Part shown: in pieces, positions 48,590 through 58,969 of the stretch
How the letters are laid out: each line of letters opens with the position of its first letter
Position numbering within the stretch: position 1 is the first letter of the stretch
DNA from: an uncultured Alphaproteobacteria bacterium
Lineage (GTDB): Bacteria > Pseudomonadota > Alphaproteobacteria > Sneathiellales > Sneathiellaceae
Direction: 5' to 3'
DNA length: 64,000 nucleotides
Assembly: GCA_913062525.1 (NCBI GenBank)
Contig: CAJXWA010000001.1
Location: forward strand, 2,281 to 66,280
Notes under the pieces: generated by a model
Databases searched by the model: none
The model's input: only the letters and a program-made list of their open reading frames with translations
What the model was told of the DNA's origin: nothing
Program-made: the position numbers and the translations under genes

Positions 48590-50116
48590 TCACGTAAATT
48601 TACTGACCATCATGCTCCGATATCCCAACGCCTCCGCAATATGATGACGGCGTACGGCGGCACTTTCTTCAAGATCAGCGAGTGTTCGGGCCACTTTCAA
48701 AATCCGGTGATATCCGCGCGCAGATAATTTCATTTTCTCAATGGCATCTGTCATAAGGGCTTGGCCTTCATCGTCCAATTCAGCGGCCTGCTCTAACACG
48801 GCACCTTCCGCATCGGAGTTAGAGCGAATAGGTGTTGGGTTTTCAATATCTGCGTATCTGATTTTTTGTATTTCTCGCGCACGCTGTACTCTTTTTGCCA
48901 CCATTTTTGTGGTTTCGCTTGGCGGTGGCAACGTTAAATCAGCGGCACTCACAGCCGGCACATCAATGAAGATGTCGAAGCGGTCAAACATGGGCCCCGA
49001 TATTTTGGATCTATAATCCATCGCGCATTTTGGCGCGCGCGCGCATGCCCGCTCTGCGTCATCTAAATGACCGCATCTGCACGGGTTCATTGCTGCCACC
49101 AGCTGGAAACTCGCCGGATAGGAAATATGGGCGTTTGCCCGTGCAATGACGGCTCTTCCCAGCTCCACTGGCTGCCGCAGGGACTCTAATACTTGGCGGC
49201 CAAATTCTGGCAATTCATCTAAAAACAATACACCTTGGTGAGCCAGCGAGACTTCGCCCGGTTTTGCCTTCCGTCCGCCGCCAACAATAGCTGCCACTGA
49301 GGACGAATGGTGGGGGTCTCGATATGGCCGGTCTCTGGAAATTTTTCCGTCGGCCAGCTCTCCTGCAACGCTAGAAATCATACTGACTTCTAATGCTTCT
49401 GCGGCATCTAGCGGTGGCAGTATTCCAGACAATCTGGCAGCCAACATAGATTTTCCAGATCCAGGCGGGCCGCACATCAGTAAGTTATGCCCCCCAGCTG
49501 CCGCCACTTCCAACGCCCGCTTTGCCGTTTCTTGGCCCTTTATATCCTCCAATTTCAGATGGACTATTTTTTCAGATATCTCGGACGCTTCTGGTGGATT
49601 GAGAACCTGATTCCCTTTAAAATGATTGATGAGTGAAAGTAGACTATCTGGCGCCAGAACTTCCAGATCACCCGCCCAAGACGCTTCTCCACCAGTGGCT
49701 TGTGGACAGATGATATTCCTCTCCGTTGCGACCGCATGGACGGCTGCTGGCAAGACACCCGCCACTGGATTGCAACTCCCATCAAGGGACAACTCGCCAA
49801 GGGCAATATAATTTTCCATTTCGTCTGCCGGAAGAACGCCCATTGCCGTTAAAATGCCCAGCGCTATAGGCAAGTCATAATGCGCGCCTTCTTTGGGTAA
49901 ATCTGCAGGGGCCAAATTGATGGTGATACGTTTTGGGGGCAGTCCGATCGCCAATGACGTTAAGGCCGCTCGCACCCGTTCTTTACTTTCAGCAACGGAC
50001 TTGTCAGGAAGTCCCACAACGTTGAAGGCTGGAAGCCCTGCCGCCATAAGAACTTGCACGTCCACCGCTCGAACTTTAAGTCCTTCAAACGCAACTGTTT
50101 GTATTCGTGCCTGCAT
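48590..50116 (-). CDS. comM: YifB/ComM Mg-chelatase-like AAA+ ATPase
   Basis: VGLPDKSVAESKERVR, GPPGSGKS, LAHQGVLFLDELPEF, AAMNPC.CG. Confidence 0.92.
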   Translation of the reverse strand: MQARIQTVAFEGLKVRAVDVQVLMAAGLPAFNVVGLPDKSVAESKERVRAALTSLAIGLPPKRITINLAPADLPKEGAHYDLPIALGILTAMGVLPADEMENYIALGELSLDGSCNPVAGVLPAAVHAVATERNIICPQATGGEASWAGDLEVLAPDSLLSLINHFKGNQVLNPPEASEISEKIVHLKLEDIKGQETAKRALEVAAAGGHNLLMCGPPGSGKSMLAARLSGILPPLDAAEALEVSMISSVAGELADGKISRDRPYRDPHHSSSVAAIVGGGRKAKPGEVSLAHQGVLFLDELPEFGRQVLESLRQPVELGRAVIARANAHISYPASFQLVAAMNPCRCGHLDDAERACARAPKCAMDYRSKISGPMFDRFDIFIDVPAVSAADLTLPPPSETTKMVAKRVQRAREIQKIRYADIENPTPIRSNSDAEGAVLEQAAELDDEGQALMTDAIEKMKLSARGYHRILKVARTLADLEESAAVRRHHIAEALGYRSMMVSKFT

Positions 50117-50233
50117 TCTTTCCCCCAAAAGAATAATGATATTTTTCAATCATAACACGAATTATCATTTTGTTAATTGCCAATTTAGAGAAAACGAATG
50201 GAGGTGAGATTTTAAAAGATGAGGAAGTAGAAC

Positions 50234-50261
50234 TCCTCGCAGGCACATTTGACTGCGAGGA
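50234..50261 (-). terminator. Hairpin after gshB
   Basis: TCCTCGCAG-N10-CTGCGAGGA. Confidence 0.5.
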
Positions 50262-50271
50262 AAATTAGAGT

Positions 50272-51225
50272 TTAAGCGCGATTGTTTGCAACTTTTTCTT
50301 CAATACAATCCCAGATATTAACTTCCAGCTTCACGCCGTCAAAACGATTGATTTCCTGCAATCCGGTGGGCGAGGTGACGTTGATTTCGGTCATATAATC
50401 ACCGATGACATCAATGCCCACAAAAATTAGCCCCTGCTCTTTCAAAGACGGTCCAATAATATCACAAATCTCTTTCTCGCGAGCTGTCAGCTCACTTCTA
50501 AGGGCCTGACCGCCAACATGCATATTAGATCGGCTCTCACCTTCTGGTGGCACCCGGTTAATAGCGCCCACTGGCTCACCGTCCACAAGAATGATCCGCT
50601 TGTCACCATTTCGCACTTCCGACAAATACTTCTGAGCAATCATTGGTTCGCGGTAAAACTCGGTGAATAATTCATGCACAACAGACAGATTTTCATCGCC
50701 CGGCTTAAAAAGAAACACGCCAGCACCGCCATTGCCATATAAAGGCTTGATGATGATATCTTTATGCTTATCCCGGAACGCTCGAATTTCTTCAAGATTT
50801 GATGAAATCAATGTTGGCGGTAGAACGCCTTCAAACTGGGTAACAAATATTTTCTCGGGCGCATTGCGCACACTAACCGGATCATTCACCACCAAAGTTT
50901 TTGGGTGCACCTGCTCCAACAAATGCGTCGCGGTAATGTAGGACATATCAAACGGAGGATCTTGGCGCATCAAGACAACGTCAGTATCCGTCAAATTAAT
51001 CCGCTCACTTTCGCCCAGTGTATAGTGATTTCCGTGGTCTCGCTGCACAGTCATCGCCCGCGCCATAGCTACAATATCGCCATCCAGAAACGACAAATCC
51101 TGAGGTCCGTAATGATATAATTTATGTCCGCGCGCTTGGGCTTCTAACGCCAGAACAAACGTGCTGTCACCGTTAATATCAACGTCTTCAATGGGATCCA
51201 TTTGAATGGCAACTGTTAGGCTCAT
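50272..51225 (-). CDS. gshB: Glutathione synthetase
   Basis: [31 protein letters not shown]. Confidence 0.96.
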   Translation of the reverse strand: MSLTVAIQMDPIEDVDINGDSTFVLALEAQARGHKLYHYGPQDLSFLDGDIVAMARAMTVQRDHGNHYTLGESERINLTDTDVVLMRQDPPFDMSYITATHLLEQVHPKTLVVNDPVSVRNAPEKIFVTQFEGVLPPTLISSNLEEIRAFRDKHKDIIIKPLYGNGGAGVFLFKPGDENLSVVHELFTEFYREPMIAQKYLSEVRNGDKRIILVDGEPVGAINRVPPEGESRSNMHVGGQALRSELTAREKEICDIIGPSLKEQGLIFVGIDVIGDYMTEINVTSPTGLQEINRFDGVKLEVNIWDCIEEKVANNRA

Positions 51226-51297
51226 TGGTATTTCCTATTTTTCTTTAAGGGACGCGCCGGAACTAGATTTAAACAGTTGTCCCGTACATACAAGTGA

Positions 51298-51894
51298 CTA
51301 TTTTGCCTTGCGGCTGTCTTTCATCACAACATGACTAATTATTTTACGAACGCCATCAACGTCACGGGCGTGTAGATAAACTCTTTCAAGTTCTTCAAGA
51401 TTTTGAGCAATTCCCATCAGATAAACAACCCGGTTCACCGTATCCATACTATAATTAACGTGCTTAATGCTAATATCCTGAAGAAGACGACCCTTCAGTT
51501 TTGTTGAAATCCAAGTATCCTCTGTTGAGGAAGACATATTGCCAGTATTGCTAATTTGAAGCTCGTTCAACACAGCCTTAACCCCATCCGTCTTCCAGAT
51601 CAGCGCAGCCACAGTGTCTCGATGTGCTGTATCTCTAACTTCACCGGTTACCAGCACCCGCCCTTCAACAACAATGGTTGAGATATCCACAAAGAGTGTT
51701 TCACTTTCTTTGAAAAGGCCGTTCATGATGTTAAGCTTTATGCCCGCATCCTCAACGGCATCTTCAACTGAACGTTCTTCCGCAACCACAACGCCCGCAG
51801 CTGCCACGCCGCCAACCACAAGGCCCACGGGCGTACAGCCAGACAAACTGAAAGCCGCAAAGGCAACCATACTCAAAACTAAAAACAACTTCAT
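51298..51894 (-). CDS. Dual BON-domain lipoprotein (DolP/YraP-like)
   Basis: Lipobox LSGC; GRVLVTG, DTWISTK, VYLMG. Confidence 0.9.
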   Translation of the reverse strand: MKLFLVLSMVAFAAFSLSGCTPVGLVVGGVAAAGVVVAEERSVEDAVEDAGIKLNIMNGLFKESETLFVDISTIVVEGRVLVTGEVRDTAHRDTVAALIWKTDGVKAVLNELQISNTGNMSSSTEDTWISTKLKGRLLQDISIKHVNYSMDTVNRVVYLMGIAQNLEELERVYLHARDVDGVRKIISHVVMKDSRKAK

Positions 51895-51974
51895 AAACAA
51901 ACGCCTCGTATTTTTAGGGGATTATATCTTGAAAATTTCACAGGATAAAGTCCTGCTTGCTGGTTTTTATGGGT

Positions 51975-52355
51975 CTACCAAGCATTTTCCATATGCACCG
52001 GCTTACGAATAAAGGATGTTACCAACACCAAATCCAGCCGAACATCGCAGTTTGTATATTGGGGATTGTTCGCCAAAAATAATTCCATTGCGCGTCTTAT
52101 TCTTCTTTGTTGGATATGACCGACGGCATGAAGGGCTTTATCCAGGTTTTTGCGCATTTTAACTTCAACAGCGACAATTGTATTTTTCCGAAACACAATC
52201 AGATCAATTTCGCCCACTGGCTTTTTATACCGCTTCTCAACAATCCGGTACCCCTTAAGCCGCAATAGAAACTCAGCTATTTTCTCAGCAATAAAACCAC
52301 GTCGGTTAGCTTGCCTTCTTTTACGGATAATCCGCTTTTTGGAAGTCGATGACAA
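51975..52355 (-). CDS. yraN: YraN family endonuclease-like protein
   Basis: G..AE, GEIDLI, VEVK.R, RLDLV, NAW. Confidence 0.9.
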   Translation of the reverse strand: MSSTSKKRIIRKRRQANRRGFIAEKIAEFLLRLKGYRIVEKRYKKPVGEIDLIVFRKNTIVAVEVKMRKNLDKALHAVGHIQQRRIRRAMELFLANNPQYTNCDVRLDLVLVTSFIRKPVHMENAW

Positions 52356-52475
52356 AATATAGCCTCACTTACCTGTTTCTCTTTAGGTAGAATGCCACTA
52401 TTTTGTTGATGCACCAAGCACAGACATTTTAAACTGAACAAACGTGCAGAAATTATAGGCGGGAAAAACTGGGAT

Positions 52476-53969
52476 ATGAGTAAAAAGACAATCAAGATTT
52501 CAGGTCCAGCGGTAACGACGCCAACAATTGTCCGCAATGTGACCCGTATTGCCGCTCCGGTGGCACTGCTTTTCCTATTGTCAGCTTGCCAAACAATGGG
52601 TGATTTCACAAGTCAAAAGCCCACACCTTCAAAACCCGCGCCCATCGCAGAAAAAGCGCCCGAACCTATAGCTCCCGTTGTCGAAGCGCCCGCACCAATA
52701 GCCCCTGAAAAGCTGGCAGCGGAAAATCTGTTAAACAGCCAAGCGCCCACTGATCAAATGATCCGAAAAACGGTTGAGCCGAGCTTGATCCTCAATCGAC
52801 CAATTACCGAAGTTGAAAAAACACCCATTCGCATTGCGGTCCTTCTTCCCCTAACGGGTGCCCACAAAAAAATTGGCAATGACTTGTTGAAAGCCGCCAA
52901 CATCGCGTTGTTTGACCACAACAATGTTCAACTCAAGATACAGCCATACGACACAAATGGAACTGCTGCGGGTGCCAGCGCAGCTGCCACAGCTGCCATT
53001 GGCGAAGGAGCAGAAATTATTCTCGGACCTTTATTTTCCGGTTCCGTAAAAGCTGTTCGGCCAATTGCCGCTGCCAAAAATATTAATGTTCTGGCTTTTT
53101 CAACGGATATAACCGCCGCTGGCGGTGGTGTGTATTTAATGGGGCTAACCGCTCATCAACAAATTAACCGTGTATTGGACTTTGCCTACAGACAAGGCAT
53201 TTCGCGCTTTGCTGTTCTTGCCCCGCAGAACCCTTATGGCAATGCCGCTGTTACGAGCATTCAGCAGGTCACTCAAAGTCTTGGTCTAACACTTGATCAG
53301 ATCAACAGATATCCTGCCAACTTGACGCCAGGATCAGAAGAGTTGCAGGAAATTGCAAAAAATGCAGCCAACTACAACGCTCGAAACTGGCAGTTAAAAC
53401 AGGAACTTAAAAAGGTAAAGGGGAAAGATGACCCGAAATCAAAGGCCCTTTACAAGCGACTTTCAAAACTGGATACACTTGGGGAAGTCTCTTTCGAAGC
53501 CATCATAATTCCTGAAGGCGGGCAAAAACTCCGCGAACTAGCACCGTTGCTCTCCTATTACGATATTGACCCGACAAAGGTTCAGTTCATTGGAACCGGC
53601 CTCTGGGCCGATAATAGCCTAACAACAGAACCGTCTTTAGTTGGCGGATGGTTTGCAGCCCCAGCCCCACAAGCATCCAACAGTTTTCAAGCCCGATTTA
53701 AGTCCATCTACGGCTATAATGCCCCGCACATTGCCAGTCTGGCTTACGACGCACTTGCGCTTTCAGGCTTGCTTGCTCTTGAGCCTGGGGAGAATAAGTT
53801 TTCTCACAGCAAGCTTCAAAATCCGGATGGGTTCTCTGGCTACAACGGAATTTTTCGATTTAATAATAACGGGTTAGCAGAACGTGGCCTTGCAGTTATG
53901 CAATTGGGACAACAAGAACTTGAACTTCTAGAAGCGGCACCAACTTCATTCGCGCCTCTAATTAACTAA
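52476..53969 (+). CDS. Penicillin-binding protein activator (LpoA-like) lipoprotein
   Basis: Lipobox LSAC, IAVLLPLTG, ILGPLF, LAYDA, GFSG..G.FRF. Confidence 0.87.
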   Translation: MSKKTIKISGPAVTTPTIVRNVTRIAAPVALLFLLSACQTMGDFTSQKPTPSKPAPIAEKAPEPIAPVVEAPAPIAPEKLAAENLLNSQAPTDQMIRKTVEPSLILNRPITEVEKTPIRIAVLLPLTGAHKKIGNDLLKAANIALFDHNNVQLKIQPYDTNGTAAGASAAATAAIGEGAEIILGPLFSGSVKAVRPIAAAKNINVLAFSTDITAAGGGVYLMGLTAHQQINRVLDFAYRQGISRFAVLAPQNPYGNAAVTSIQQVTQSLGLTLDQINRYPANLTPGSEELQEIAKNAANYNARNWQLKQELKKVKGKDDPKSKALYKRLSKLDTLGEVSFEAIIIPEGGQKLRELAPLLSYYDIDPTKVQFIGTGLWADNSLTTEPSLVGGWFAAPAPQASNSFQARFKSIYGYNAPHIASLAYDALALSGLLALEPGENKFSHSKLQNPDGFSGYNGIFRFNNNGLAERGLAVMQLGQQELELLEAAPTSFAPLIN

Positions 53970-55143
53970 GCAGTTCAGCGAGCAAACTGTTAAGGACAAA
54001 ACGTCCCTTATCAGTGGTCCAGATATGCGCGGCGTCCGTTGCTAAGAAACCAGCATCCATAAGCCTGTCTAGATTGTCTTTGGGAACGATTTCTGAAAAC
54101 GGCTGCCCAACGGTCTTTTCAAAGTTTTCGAACCAGACACCTTCGCGCAATCGCAGCCCCATAAGAAGCTGCTCTTCTGCCAATTCAGTGGCGGAAGATA
54201 CTGGATTTTCAATCTCTGATCCATGCCCAGACAACAAAGCTTGATCTAACCATCTTTCAGGTTTTTTAAATTGCTGGCAAGCATGCCGAACTCCCCCCAT
54301 ATTGACTCGCCCGTGAGCACCGGGCCCAACGCCAATATAGCTCCCATACCGCCAATAGGTTAGATTATGCCGGCATTCAAAACCGGGCCGCGCATGATTT
54401 GAGATCTCGTAGGCTGGCAATCCTGCCGCAGCCGTTACAGACTGGGTAAGATCAAACATGTCTTCGGCTAACTCATCGCCGAGCATGTTAAATTCACCGC
54501 GCCGAACAGCCCCTGCAAACCCTGTATTTGGTTCAATCGTCAATTGGTATAGCGATAGATGATCCCCTGCAAGTTGCAAGGCTTCCGTCAAATCAGCTTC
54601 CCATTCAGCCAGTGTTTGTTTTGGAAGGGCATAAATCAAATCAAACGAAATGTTGGGGAAGATACCCCGGGCCAGTTCAATGGTGGATTTAGCTTCGCAA
54701 ACCGAATGCTCCCGCCCCAAAAATTGAAGGGCGTCATCTTGCAAAGATTGAACTCCCATGGACAGGCGGTTTACGCCAGCACTCCGATACCCGTCAAAGG
54801 ATTTTCCCTCAGCAGACGTGGGATTAGCCTCCAGCGAAATTTCAATATCAGTTGCAACGGGAAAATGCTGGGAGACGCCATCGATAAGCGCCGCCACAGT
54901 TTTGGGCAACATTAAAGATGGTGTGCCGCCACCAAAGAAGATGCTGGTAACCGTTTTTTTAGGTGTCCGTTCTGCAAAATAAGCAAGTTCCGCAAGGAGC
55001 GCTTTTACCCATTCGTCCTGATCCACGTGATTGCGCACATGACTGTTAAAGTCGCAATAAGGGCATTTTTTCCGGCAAAAAGGCCAATGGAAATAAATAC
55101 CAAATCCCGGATCGGGACACTTAAGGTTTTGGGAAACAGGCAT
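53962..55143 (-). CDS. hemW: Radical SAM heme chaperone HemW
   Basis: HWPFCRKKCPYCDFNS, FFGGGTPS, YEISN. Confidence 0.93.
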   Translation of the reverse strand: MPVSQNLKCPDPGFGIYFHWPFCRKKCPYCDFNSHVRNHVDQDEWVKALLAELAYFAERTPKKTVTSIFFGGGTPSLMLPKTVAALIDGVSQHFPVATDIEISLEANPTSAEGKSFDGYRSAGVNRLSMGVQSLQDDALQFLGREHSVCEAKSTIELARGIFPNISFDLIYALPKQTLAEWEADLTEALQLAGDHLSLYQLTIEPNTGFAGAVRRGEFNMLGDELAEDMFDLTQSVTAAAGLPAYEISNHARPGFECRHNLTYWRYGSYIGVGPGAHGRVNMGGVRHACQQFKKPERWLDQALLSGHGSEIENPVSSATELAEEQLLMGLRLREGVWFENFEKTVGQPFSEIVPKDNLDRLMDAGFLATDAAHIWTTDKGRFVLNSLLAELLS

Positions 55144-55732
55144 TGATCAATTGGCGAAAGGCATCAGCGCGGTGGCTAATGACGTGTTTTTCCGTGGGAT
55201 CCATTTGTGCGAAAGTCTGATTATAACCCGCGGGTGTGAAGACAGCATCATAGCCAAATCCGTTTTCGCCCGCAGCGGGCCAAGTAAACTCACCCCGAAC
55301 AATACCCTCAAAACTTTCCGTATGTCCATCTGGCCAAGCAAGGCAAAGGGCGCAAATGAAAGACGAGCTACGGCTGGCATTTTCGCCGGTCTCATCCAAT
55401 TTATCTTTCACTACCTTCATGGCAACGTTGAAATCCTTAGACGGACCTGCCCAGCGTGCAGAATAAATCCCCGGATCACCGTTCAAGGCGTCCACAGCAA
55501 AACCAGAATCGTCACTCAACGATATCTCGCCCGACCGGGTCGCTGCTGCCAACGCTTTTATTTTAGCGTTGGCAATAAAGGTATCGCCGTCCTCCACAGG
55601 TTCGGGTAGGCCAAGATCGCCTGCCGAAATAGGTTCAACGCCGAAATCAGCGAGTAATTTACCAATTTCGCGAACTTTACCCTGATTGTGGCTGGCCACA
55701 ATCAATTTGGATCCTGTGAATTGACGGCTCAT
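55121..55732 (-). CDS. rdgB: Non-canonical purine NTP pyrophosphatase
   Basis: ASHNQGKVRE, DDSG, PGIYSAR, GFGYD, SHR. Confidence 0.95.
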   Translation of the reverse strand: MSRQFTGSKLIVASHNQGKVREIGKLLADFGVEPISAGDLGLPEPVEDGDTFIANAKIKALAAATRSGEISLSDDSGFAVDALNGDPGIYSARWAGPSKDFNVAMKVVKDKLDETGENASRSSSFICALCLAWPDGHTESFEGIVRGEFTWPAAGENGFGYDAVFTPAGYNQTFAQMDPTEKHVISHRADAFRQLINACFPKP

Positions 55733-55733
55733 T

Positions 55734-56450
55734 TTATAGTCCCAGTGCTTCACGCTGCAAACGGCACAATTCTTTTACGCCAATTTTTGCAAGATCAAAC
55801 ATGCCTGTGAAATGGGCTTCAGTGAACGGATCTTCTTCGGCCGTTCCTTGAATTTCAATAATCCGGCTGTTGGAAGATAAGACGAAATTCGCATCCGCCT
55901 CTGCGTTGCTATCTTCAGGGTAATCCAAATCAAGAACCGGAGTTCCTTTGTAGATACCGCAAGAGACCGCAGCCACTTGATGTTTCATTGGAACTTCAAG
56001 GATTTTACCTTGTTCTACCAATTTCTCAAACGCTTGATAAAGAGCAACATACGCACCCGTGATGGACGCAGTCCGCGTTCCGCCATCGGCCTGAATGACG
56101 TCACAGTCAACAGTGATTTGACGCTCGCCAAATCCTTCCATGTCGACAACAGCCCGCAAAGAGCGGCCGATCAAACGTTGGATTTCAACAGTACGGCCCT
56201 GTTGCTTGCCGCGCGCTGCCTCACGGCCCATGCGGGATCCAGTAGAACGTGGCAGCATGCCATACTCAGCCGTTACCCAGCCCTTACCAGTGTTGCGTAA
56301 AAATGGCGGAACCCGTTCTTCAATGCTCGCCGTGCAAAGAACATGTGTGTCCCCTGCTTTGATAAAGCATGAACCTTCGGCATTTTTGGCGTAGCCTGGT
56401 TCCATTTCGATCTTACGGAGCTCACCGACTTGTCTTCCTGATGGGCGCAT
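55734..56450 (-). CDS. rph: Ribonuclease PH
   Basis: [32 protein letters not shown]. Confidence 0.97.
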   Translation of the reverse strand: MRPSGRQVGELRKIEMEPGYAKNAEGSCFIKAGDTHVLCTASIEERVPPFLRNTGKGWVTAEYGMLPRSTGSRMGREAARGKQQGRTVEIQRLIGRSLRAVVDMEGFGERQITVDCDVIQADGGTRTASITGAYVALYQAFEKLVEQGKILEVPMKHQVAAVSCGIYKGTPVLDLDYPEDSNAEADANFVLSSNSRIIEIQGTAEEDPFTEAHFTGMFDLAKIGVKELCRLQREALGL

Positions 56451-56504
56451 TATAGTTCCTTAAAATTAGTCTGTTTCACATTTGACTTCCTTGTACTCTC
56501 TGCG

Positions 56505-56529
56505 CTTGATTGACGCAAGGCTCCCCCAT
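56505..56529 (+). promoter_or_regulatory. Sigma32 (RpoH)-type promoter of hrcA-grpE
   Basis: CTTGAT-N13-CCCCAT, close to the CTTGAA-N13/14-CCCCAT consensus. Confidence 0.65.
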
Positions 56530-56595
56530 CACTACATTTCAAGTGTGGTCGCACCGTAATTACCCGACCAATGAAGACCTTACGAGATAGCACCT

Positions 56596-57624
56596 ATGAA
56601 TATACAGGAACTGAACGAACGCAGCCGTGAGATATTCCGCACAATTGTGGAAACGTTCATGGAGACAGGTGAACCCGTCGGCTCGCGGACATTGTCCAAA
56701 CTCAATCGACTGGAACTATCTCCCGCCTCCATTCGCAACATCATGGCGGATTTAACGGAGGCCGGTCTTTTATATTCTCCGCACATATCAGCCGGACGAT
56801 TGCCCACCCAAGCCGGAATGCAACTATTTGTGGACGGGTTGTTGGAAGTTGGCAACCTTACTGAGGCAGAACGGTCGGATATTAGTGCCCGCTGCGCCGT
56901 TGAGGGCCGGAACATAGAAGAAGTTTTAACCGAAGCCTCAACCATGCTCTCAGGTCTTTCCAACTGCGCAAGTCTTGTTCTTGCGCCAAAAAGTGATAGT
57001 CCGGTTAAACAAATCGAATTTGTCCGTCTCAGCTTTGATAAAGGCTTGGTTATTATTGTGACCGCTGATGGGCTTGTCGAAAATCGCGCCATTGAGCTCC
57101 CCGTAGGACTTTCCTCTACTGCCCTTCAAGAGGCCAGTAATTATTTGACCACGCGCCTTGCCGGAAAAACATTGCTTGAAACCAGATCAGAAATTCACAG
57201 GGAGATTGCCAATCACCAAGTACAATTGGATACGTTGACAGCGAGTGTGGTCGAGTCAGGGATTGCAAGTTGGGGCGGAAAAGAGACTTTAATTGTGCGA
57301 GGTCATGCGAATCTCCTGCAAGATGTTCAGGCTTTAGAGGATCTAGATAAAATAAAAGATCTGTTCGATACCCTTGAAGCCGGCAAAGAACGCATTAAAT
57401 TGTTAGAATTAGCGGAAGGTGGCGATGGTGTGCGCATTTTTATTGGGGCTGAGAACAATCTTTTCTCGCTTTCTGGTACATCAATGATTATTTCTCCTTA
57501 TCAGAATAGCCGCAATCAGGTTGTCGGAGTGGTCGGAGTAATTGGCCCAACGAGATTAAACTATGCCCGTATTATTCCCATGGTGGATTATACGGCGAAA
57601 GTCATTGGACGGTTGCTGGATTAA
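56596..57624 (+). CDS. hrcA: Heat-inducible transcription repressor
   Basis: GEPVGSR, SPASIRN.M, PHISAGR.PT, GPTRLNY. Confidence 0.96.
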   Translation: MNIQELNERSREIFRTIVETFMETGEPVGSRTLSKLNRLELSPASIRNIMADLTEAGLLYSPHISAGRLPTQAGMQLFVDGLLEVGNLTEAERSDISARCAVEGRNIEEVLTEASTMLSGLSNCASLVLAPKSDSPVKQIEFVRLSFDKGLVIIVTADGLVENRAIELPVGLSSTALQEASNYLTTRLAGKTLLETRSEIHREIANHQVQLDTLTASVVESGIASWGGKETLIVRGHANLLQDVQALEDLDKIKDLFDTLEAGKERIKLLELAEGGDGVRIFIGAENNLFSLSGTSMIISPYQNSRNQVVGVVGVIGPTRLNYARIIPMVDYTAKVIGRLLD

Positions 57625-57651
57625 GTAAAGCCGAATTAGGAAGAGACGAGA

Positions 57652-58326
57652 ATGAGTAATACAGACCCAAATTCCCAGAACGATCCTGAAATGGTAGAGG
57701 GTTCGGAAAATGTGGCTCCAGAGGCACAAAAACTAGAACTCGACGACATTAACGAAGGCATGGACGAAGCAACAATTGACGCTTTGTCGGCTGCTGAAGA
57801 CGCGACTGACAAAGAAGCCGAGTATTCACTCGAAGAAGAGCAAGCAGAAGAAATTGCTGATCTAAAAGAGAAGCTTCTCCGGGCAATGGCTGAAACTCAA
57901 AATATACGGCGCCGTGCGGAAAAAGAAAAAGAAGACACTCATAATTACGCTATTACAAAATTTGCGCGCGATATGCTGAATGTTTCAGACAATCTGCGCC
58001 GCGCTCTCGACAGTCTTTCTGAAGAAGACCGCGAAATTGAAGCCATTAAGACGTTTCTAGACGGTGTGGAATTGACCGAGCAGGAATTGTTGAGCACGAT
58101 GACGAAGCATAAGATCGAAGTCATCGCTGCTGAAGGTGAGAAATTTAATCCAAACTTCCATCAAGCAATGTATGAAATTGAAAATCTTGACGTTGAACCG
58201 GGCACTATTTTGCAAGTGGTTCAGGCTGGTTTCGTGATTGCAGATCGCCTTTTGCGTCCATCCTTGGTGGGTATCGCCAAAGGCGGAAAAAAGAAAACTG
58301 AAATTCATATCGACGAAACCGCATAA
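57652..58326 (+). CDS. grpE: Nucleotide exchange factor GrpE
   Basis: LRAMAETQNIRRR, DNLRRAL, FNPNFHQAM, RLLRP. Confidence 0.96.
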   Translation: MSNTDPNSQNDPEMVEGSENVAPEAQKLELDDINEGMDEATIDALSAAEDATDKEAEYSLEEEQAEEIADLKEKLLRAMAETQNIRRRAEKEKEDTHNYAITKFARDMLNVSDNLRRALDSLSEEDREIEAIKTFLDGVELTEQELLSTMTKHKIEVIAAEGEKFNPNFHQAMYEIENLDVEPGTILQVVQAGFVIADRLLRPSLVGIAKGGKKKTEIHIDETA

Positions 58327-58352
58327 ATCTTATGCGGCTCGGACACATTTAG

Positions 58353-58379
58353 GCCGCTGGTATTTCCAGCGGCTTTTTT
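58353..58379 (+). terminator. Intrinsic terminator after grpE
   Basis: GCCGCTGG-N5-CCAGCGGC followed by T6. Confidence 0.85.
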
Positions 58380-58394
58380 ATACCCAAATTTAAA

Positions 58395-58883
58395 TTAATT
58401 GCCTTCAAAATCGACCAGTAACTTGCTGAGCAGCACGTTAAAGGCCGCGCTTTCATCTTCGGTCAAACCTGACATCAATTCTTTTTGAGTTTGCACATGA
58501 TCGGTTACCGCCGCATCAATTACCGCGAAGCCTTTATCTGTCAGCGCAATGATGACACTCCGGCCATCTTCTGGATTATGAATGCGCTCCACCATTTCAG
58601 CTTTTACAAGCTGATCGATACGGTTTGTCATTGTCCCAGATGTCACCATCATGGTCGACAAAAGCGCACCCGGCGACAGGCGATAAGGGCTGCCGGACCG
58701 TCTTAACGTTGCGAGCACGTCAAAACTGGCGCTGTTTAAGCCATGCTTTGCAAATGTCTTCTCCATACCGTGAGACAAATGCTGCGTAATTCGCTTCACC
58801 CGACCGATGAGGCTCATTGGGGTCACATTAAGATCAGGTCGTTCCCTGTTCCACTGCGTCACTATTTGATCAATTTTATCCAT
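58395..58883 (-). CDS. MarR regulator, PecS/UrtR-like
   Basis: QW.RERPDL, FDVLATLRRSG, TMTNRID, DGRS; divergent from a PecM-like gene. Confidence 0.9.
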   Translation of the reverse strand: MDKIDQIVTQWNRERPDLNVTPMSLIGRVKRITQHLSHGMEKTFAKHGLNSASFDVLATLRRSGSPYRLSPGALLSTMMVTSGTMTNRIDQLVKAEMVERIHNPEDGRSVIIALTDKGFAVIDAAVTDHVQTQKELMSGLTEDESAAFNVLLSKLLVDFEGN

Positions 58884-58906
58884 AAAAAAACAATAGAAAT
58901 TATTTA

Positions 58907-58958
58907 TCTTGACGTCAAGACATATTCATTTATCTTGACGTCAAGATAAATGAATATG
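58907..58958. promoter_or_regulatory. Two palindromic PecS-type operators
   Basis: TCTTGACGTCAAGA occurs twice; the second copy extends to a perfect 38-bp palindrome (58921-58958). Confidence 0.85.
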
Positions 58959-58969
58959 GAGGACCGCAT

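Noticed and set aside
56451-56595. CIRCE element before hrcA
   Set aside because: No TTAGCACTC-N9-GAGTGCTAA; a sigma32-like promoter is present instead.
58327-58394. Absence of dnaK after grpE
   Set aside because: Separation of hrcA-grpE from dnaKJ is common in alphaproteobacteria.
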